Source of the DNA: Oscillospiraceae bacterium
GTDB taxonomy: Bacteria > Bacillota > Clostridia > Christensenellales > Aristaeellaceae
Reading direction: 5' to 3'
Length of the DNA stretch: 64,000 bases
Assembly (NCBI GenBank): GCA_031255415.1
Contig: JAIRSO010000020.1
Span: forward strand, 27,405-91,404
Below are positions 60,813 to 64,000 of this stretch, one piece after another. The position numbers were made by a program, and so were the translations under genes. Position 1 is the first letter of the stretch. The number at the start of each line of letters is the position of its first letter. The notes under the pieces are model-generated. The model saw only the letters and a program-made list of their open reading frames with translations. It was not told the DNA's origin and ran no database searches.

Positions 60813-61397
60813 ATGAGGATCACGGGCGGCGCGGCGCGGGGCAGAACGCTTGCCGCGCCGGACGGACGGGACACGCGCCCCACGCGCGAGATGGTGCGCG
60901 AGGCGTTGTTTGATATTCTGGCGGGACGCGCGGCTGGCGCGGCGGTGTTGGACGCGTTCGCGGGTTCAGGCGCGCTGGCTCTGGAGGCGTTGAGCCGGGG
61001 CGCGGCTTCCGCCGTGATGGTCGATCATTCGGCTAAAGCCGCTAAAGCGATTCGCGGGAATATCGAGTCCGTTGGCGCGGGCGATAGGGCGCGGCTGATC
61101 AACGCGCCGTGGGCGCGCGCGCGGCGCTTGCTGAAGGATGAGGGCGCGCGGTTCGATCTGATACTGCTCGATCCGCCGTATGGCTGGCCGGACGCGGCTG
61201 GACTGCTGGAGGAATCCATCGCGCTTGCCGCGCCGGGCGCGTGGATCGCGCTGGAGCACGGGCGGGGCGCAGCGATTGACGCGCCGGATGGGCTGGCGTT
61301 TATCAAAACGCGCGTCTATGGCGTTACGGCGTTGAGTTTCTACGAGGTTCTTGACGGCGGGCTTGACTCGGGCGGCTCGGTCAGCCGCGAGGGGTAA
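60813..61397 (+). CDS. rsmD: 16S rRNA (guanine966-N2)-methyltransferase
   Basis: MRITGG..RGR.L....G..TRPT...VREALF N-terminus and the LDPPY motif. Conserved rsmD-coaD pairing. Confidence 0.88.
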   Translation: MRITGGAARGRTLAAPDGRDTRPTREMVREALFDILAGRAAGAAVLDAFAGSGALALEALSRGAASAVMVDHSAKAAKAIRGNIESVGAGDRARLINAPWARARRLLKDEGARFDLILLDPPYGWPDAAGLLEESIALAAPGAWIALEHGRGAAIDAPDGLAFIKTRVYGVTALSFYEVLDGGLDSGGSVSREG

Positions 61398-61402
61398 CGG
61401 TT

Positions 61403-61927
61403 ATGAACGTATGCCTGGTTCCCGGCAGTTACGATCCGATCACGCGCGGTCACGCGGATACCATCCGCCGCGCGTCGAGGCTGTTCGACGAGGTGGTAGT
61501 CGCGATACTGCGCAATCCGGATAAACGGGGCTGGCTTGATTGGGATCGGCGCGAGGCGCTGGCGAGGGCGGCGCTGGACGGGATTCCGGGGGTCAAGGTG
61601 ACGCAGTTCGAGGGGCTGGCGGTCGATTGCGCGAGGAAGTACGGCGCGAAGGCGATAGTTAGAGGGCTTCGCTCCGCGCTGGACTTCGAGTACGAGTCGG
61701 TTATGGCGGACGCGAATAGAGAGTTGTCAAGCTATCGCGGCGGGGGCGATGCGGTGGAGACGGTCTTTCTCGCGGCGGAGCCGTCGCTGGCGCACTGGTC
61801 AAGCAGCGTGGCGCGGCAGCTTGCGGCGTTCGACGGGCCGCTGGAGTTGATCGTGCCGGACGGATCGGTTATGTTGTTGAAACGTTTCATAAGTGATATG
61901 CGAGGAACGGCGGGGGGAGATAATTAA
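61403..61927 (+). CDS. coaD: Phosphopantetheine adenylyltransferase
   Basis: PGSYDPITRGH nucleotidyltransferase motif and a length of about 170 aa. Confidence 0.92.
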   Translation: MNVCLVPGSYDPITRGHADTIRRASRLFDEVVVAILRNPDKRGWLDWDRREALARAALDGIPGVKVTQFEGLAVDCARKYGAKAIVRGLRSALDFEYESVMADANRELSSYRGGGDAVETVFLAAEPSLAHWSSSVARQLAAFDGPLELIVPDGSVMLLKRFISDMRGTAGGDN

Positions 61928-62512
61928 ATGGAAACCGAGGTCTATAACCTGCTCAACGAGCTGGAGGGGATGCTGGAGAACTGCCGCAAGGTGCCGTTCG
62001 CCACGTCGTATATGATCGATAGGGACGCCGCGATAGAGATAGTGTCGGCGATTAGGGACGCTATGCCGGTGGAGCTTAGGGACGCGCTGAATCTGGTGCG
62101 GCAGGAACACAGGATCATTCAGAACGCGCAGATGCAGGCCGACAGCAAGGTAGCCGACGCTGATAGCCAGGCCAGGATGATGCTTCAAGTGGCGCAGGAT
62201 AAGGCCGATCAGTTGGTATCCGACGCGGAGTCGCGCGCGAAGGAGCGCGAATCCAGAGCGGCGGAACAGGCGAACCGCACCCTAGAGGCGGCTGAACGCA
62301 AGGCGGAGGAGCGCACGAATCAAACGGCGATACTCAAGCGCGCGGAGATGCAAGCCAACGAGTTGATACAGAAGGCTCAAGGCGACGCTCAGCGCGTGTA
62401 TCTGATGAACCTGGATCATTGCGAGGATCTGCTCAAGCGCGTCGAGGATAAAGCGATAGAGATCGCCGACATACTGCGCCAAAGCAGGAATGAGCTGGCG
62501 GAAGGACGCTGA
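61928..62512 (+). CDS. Coiled-coil protein (ATPase subunit b/E-like, function unknown)
   Basis: Long charged Ala/Glu/Arg/Gln heptad-like region. The start abuts the coaD stop. Confidence 0.55.
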   Translation: METEVYNLLNELEGMLENCRKVPFATSYMIDRDAAIEIVSAIRDAMPVELRDALNLVRQEHRIIQNAQMQADSKVADADSQARMMLQVAQDKADQLVSDAESRAKERESRAAEQANRTLEAAERKAEERTNQTAILKRAEMQANELIQKAQGDAQRVYLMNLDHCEDLLKRVEDKAIEIADILRQSRNELAEGR

Positions 62513-62525
62513 AGCGTCGCGGCGA

Positions 62526-62566
62526 CAGACTCCCATTGCCTGACACTGGCAAGGGAGTCTGTTTAT
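62526..62566 (+). terminator. Intrinsic terminator of the rsmD-coaD operon
   Basis: CAGACTCCCATTGCC-TGACACT-GGCAAGGGAGTCTG followed by TTTAT. Confidence 0.75.
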
Positions 62567-62633
62567 GTATGATTGTTAATTACTAGTCTAATTAATTATT
62601 AGTCAATCATGTTTGTGAAATATCCTGTTGGCG

Positions 62634-62733
62634 GATCGTCTTGTTGATTATTTATCATGATGAAAAACCGTCTTGATAGCGATCCTTATCGACAACGACC
62701 CGCCTTGTTAAGCATCCGTCTCGATAACGATCC
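62634..62733. repeat. Direct repeats inside an AT-rich spacer
   Basis: CCGTCTTGATAGCGATCC (62668-62685) and CCGTCTCGATAACGATCC (62716-62733) match at 16 of 18 positions. A partial copy GATCGTCTTGTTGAT lies at 62634-62648. Confidence 0.7.
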
Positions 62734-62748
62734 AACCATATAACCATA

Positions 62749-63474
62749 TTAGTAGCTCATCCTAAGCCCGCCGCATAGATTGAACCTCATGCACACCTTG
62801 GTATACAGATGCTGCCCTCCGCACAGATTCCATCCGGGGCGGCGCTGTTTCGTCTTGCGGCACCATCCCGTTACAAACAGCGGCGCGCCTTTGCACATAT
62901 CCATCCTTAACAGATACCCGTCTGGAGCCTCCTCAAACCTTCTCTTTGGCGGGCACAAGTAAGGCTGAGCCGCTTCCAACTCGTCAAGCCATTCCTGATT
63001 GCACTGCTTGACGCACGACAGATCCCCGTTATGCCCGTTCGCGCACGGCGGGAACAAGTGGCCGGTGGGCGTGCCGTCGGCTATGTCCTCGAACCTTAAC
63101 CTGCGTTTCTCTTCCAATACGTCGCAGTATTCGGGCGGGCGGTCGTGGAATTGGCATTGGCGCTTGCATGACTGTCCCGCGCCGCCGTCGCTCTGTTCGG
63201 TATTGCAATTCGATCCATACCAGCCGACCGCCGCGCCGTCGGCAACGTCCTCGAACTGGATCGGATCGTGGCATAGATAATCAGGCGGCGGGCCGTCGCC
63301 CCTGAATCTGCAGTCGCAGTCGGCGGGCAGATCGGTGCATCCGCCATACCTCGAGTCTCCGTACAGCGGATAAATCCCCCTCGCGCCCCTGTTGCATCCG
63401 CCGCACCTGCCGCAGTTCCCGGTTCCGCAGTTACAGCGCGGATCCATTACTTCGGGTGAACAACCATACTGCAT
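62749..63474 (-). CDS. Cysteine-rich protein (23 Cys in 241 aa) with three internal repeats, unknown function
   Basis: N-terminal CNCGTGNCGRCGGC cluster. Three repeats of Y(L)C..(R)FE[DE].[AP]DG...C...C..(Q)C. No signal peptide. The ATG lies 1 nt after the upstream gene's TAG. Confidence 0.6.
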   Translation of the reverse strand: MQYGCSPEVMDPRCNCGTGNCGRCGGCNRGARGIYPLYGDSRYGGCTDLPADCDCRFRGDGPPPDYLCHDPIQFEDVADGAAVGWYGSNCNTEQSDGGAGQSCKRQCQFHDRPPEYCDVLEEKRRLRFEDIADGTPTGHLFPPCANGHNGDLSCVKQCNQEWLDELEAAQPYLCPPKRRFEEAPDGYLLRMDMCKGAPLFVTGWCRKTKQRRPGWNLCGGQHLYTKVCMRFNLCGGLRMSY

Positions 63475-63475
63475 G

Positions 63476-64000
63476 CTATTCCCTCCCTTCGGCCTGGCCG
63501 CCCTGGTTCGCCGTCTCGCCGCGCATGCCGCGTATGCGCTCGGCGGCAGTCGCGGCGGACGATATCGATTCGCCCTGCATGAACGTTATACCCAATTGAT
63601 TATCGTCCGGCTGAACGGGCTGTTCCTGATACCTCATCCCGCCCAGCGCGGTGTTGTCCCCGGTAAGCAGCGTGCCCCTGTCCGCCTGCGCGGAGATCCC
63701 GGTCTCGCCCGGCGAGTCCTCGCCGCCCAGCACCCTGTGCACGCCATACGCGCCCTGAACGTGCGTTGCGGCGGACAGCGCGTTCTTGATGCTGTTCGCG
63801 CGGGACGATCGGTTCGCGTCGGAGCGACCCGCGAAACCCGCGATCCCTCCGACGAACGCGCCCATCGCCGATCTCACGCAGCCCCAGTTGACGCACTGCT
63901 CCACCCTCACCCCGTCGAGCAGCCGCCCGGCTATCCCTCCCGCGGCCTGCGCGCCGCCCTCCACGTCGCCGTGGTTCTCGCACGCGACCAGCGCGCACAG
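63476..64000 (-). CDS. GLUG-motif repeat protein, C-terminal part (5' end beyond window)
   Basis: Repeats of C.N.G.V.......GGIAG (VACENHGDVEGGAQAAGGIAGRL, VEQCVNWGCVRSAMGAFVGGIAGF). The frame is open to position 64000. Confidence 0.65.
   Translation of the reverse strand: MCALVACENHGDVEGGAQAAGGIAGRLLDGVRVEQCVNWGCVRSAMGAFVGGIAGFAGRSDANRSSRANSIKNALSAATHVQGAYGVHRVLGGEDSPGETGISAQADRGTLLTGDNTALGGMRYQEQPVQPDDNQLGITFMQGESISSAATAAERIRGMRGETANQGGQAEGRE

Noticed and set aside
62657-62743. 28-codon mini-ORF (MMKNRLDSDPYRQRPALLSIRLDNDPTI) that reads the two 18-nt direct repeats in frame as RLDSDP and RLDNDP.
   Set aside because: It has no SD sequence, sits in an AT-rich spacer downstream of both neighbouring genes, and is very short. 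It is recorded only as a curiosity linked to the repeat finding.

Overview
GC-rich, gene-dense chromosomal segment that looks like a Clostridia-type Firmicute: it has a SCIFF peptide and maturase, a T-box leader, and a CpsBCD-type capsule regulator set. Most of it is housekeeping. The recognisable genes are ftsH, thrC, a PBP1A, aspS, argG and argH, rplS, an AlaRS, lhr, murA, alr, rsmD and coaD. There are also four transport systems: a heterodimeric ABC exporter, an MFS pump, an Opp/Dpp-type importer beside an AraC regulator, and an MglBAC-like sugar importer. I found no rRNA, tRNA, CRISPR array, transposase, integrase or reverse transcriptase. I cannot point to a clear novel multi-gene system. 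The items most worth follow-up are: (1) a canonical terminator-type T-box leader in front of an acyl-CoA synthetase-like gene rather than an aaRS or amino-acid gene; (2) a SCIFF precursor with an unusually long C-terminal tail plus its radical-SAM/SPASM maturase, directly upstream of a 600-aa AlaRS that lacks the C-Ala domain and has no T-box; (3) two long nested inverted-repeat elements between the HD-protein gene and the AlaRS gene, which could be a structured RNA or a MITE; (4) a roughly 410-nt G-rich leader behind a near-consensus promoter, upstream of a small secreted protein and the capsule regulators; (5) a GLUG-repeat protein tightly coupled to a 23-cysteine, three-repeat protein, bordered by a sharply AT-rich spacer with 18-nt direct repeats. 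All function calls rest on motifs read by eye; no searches were run.
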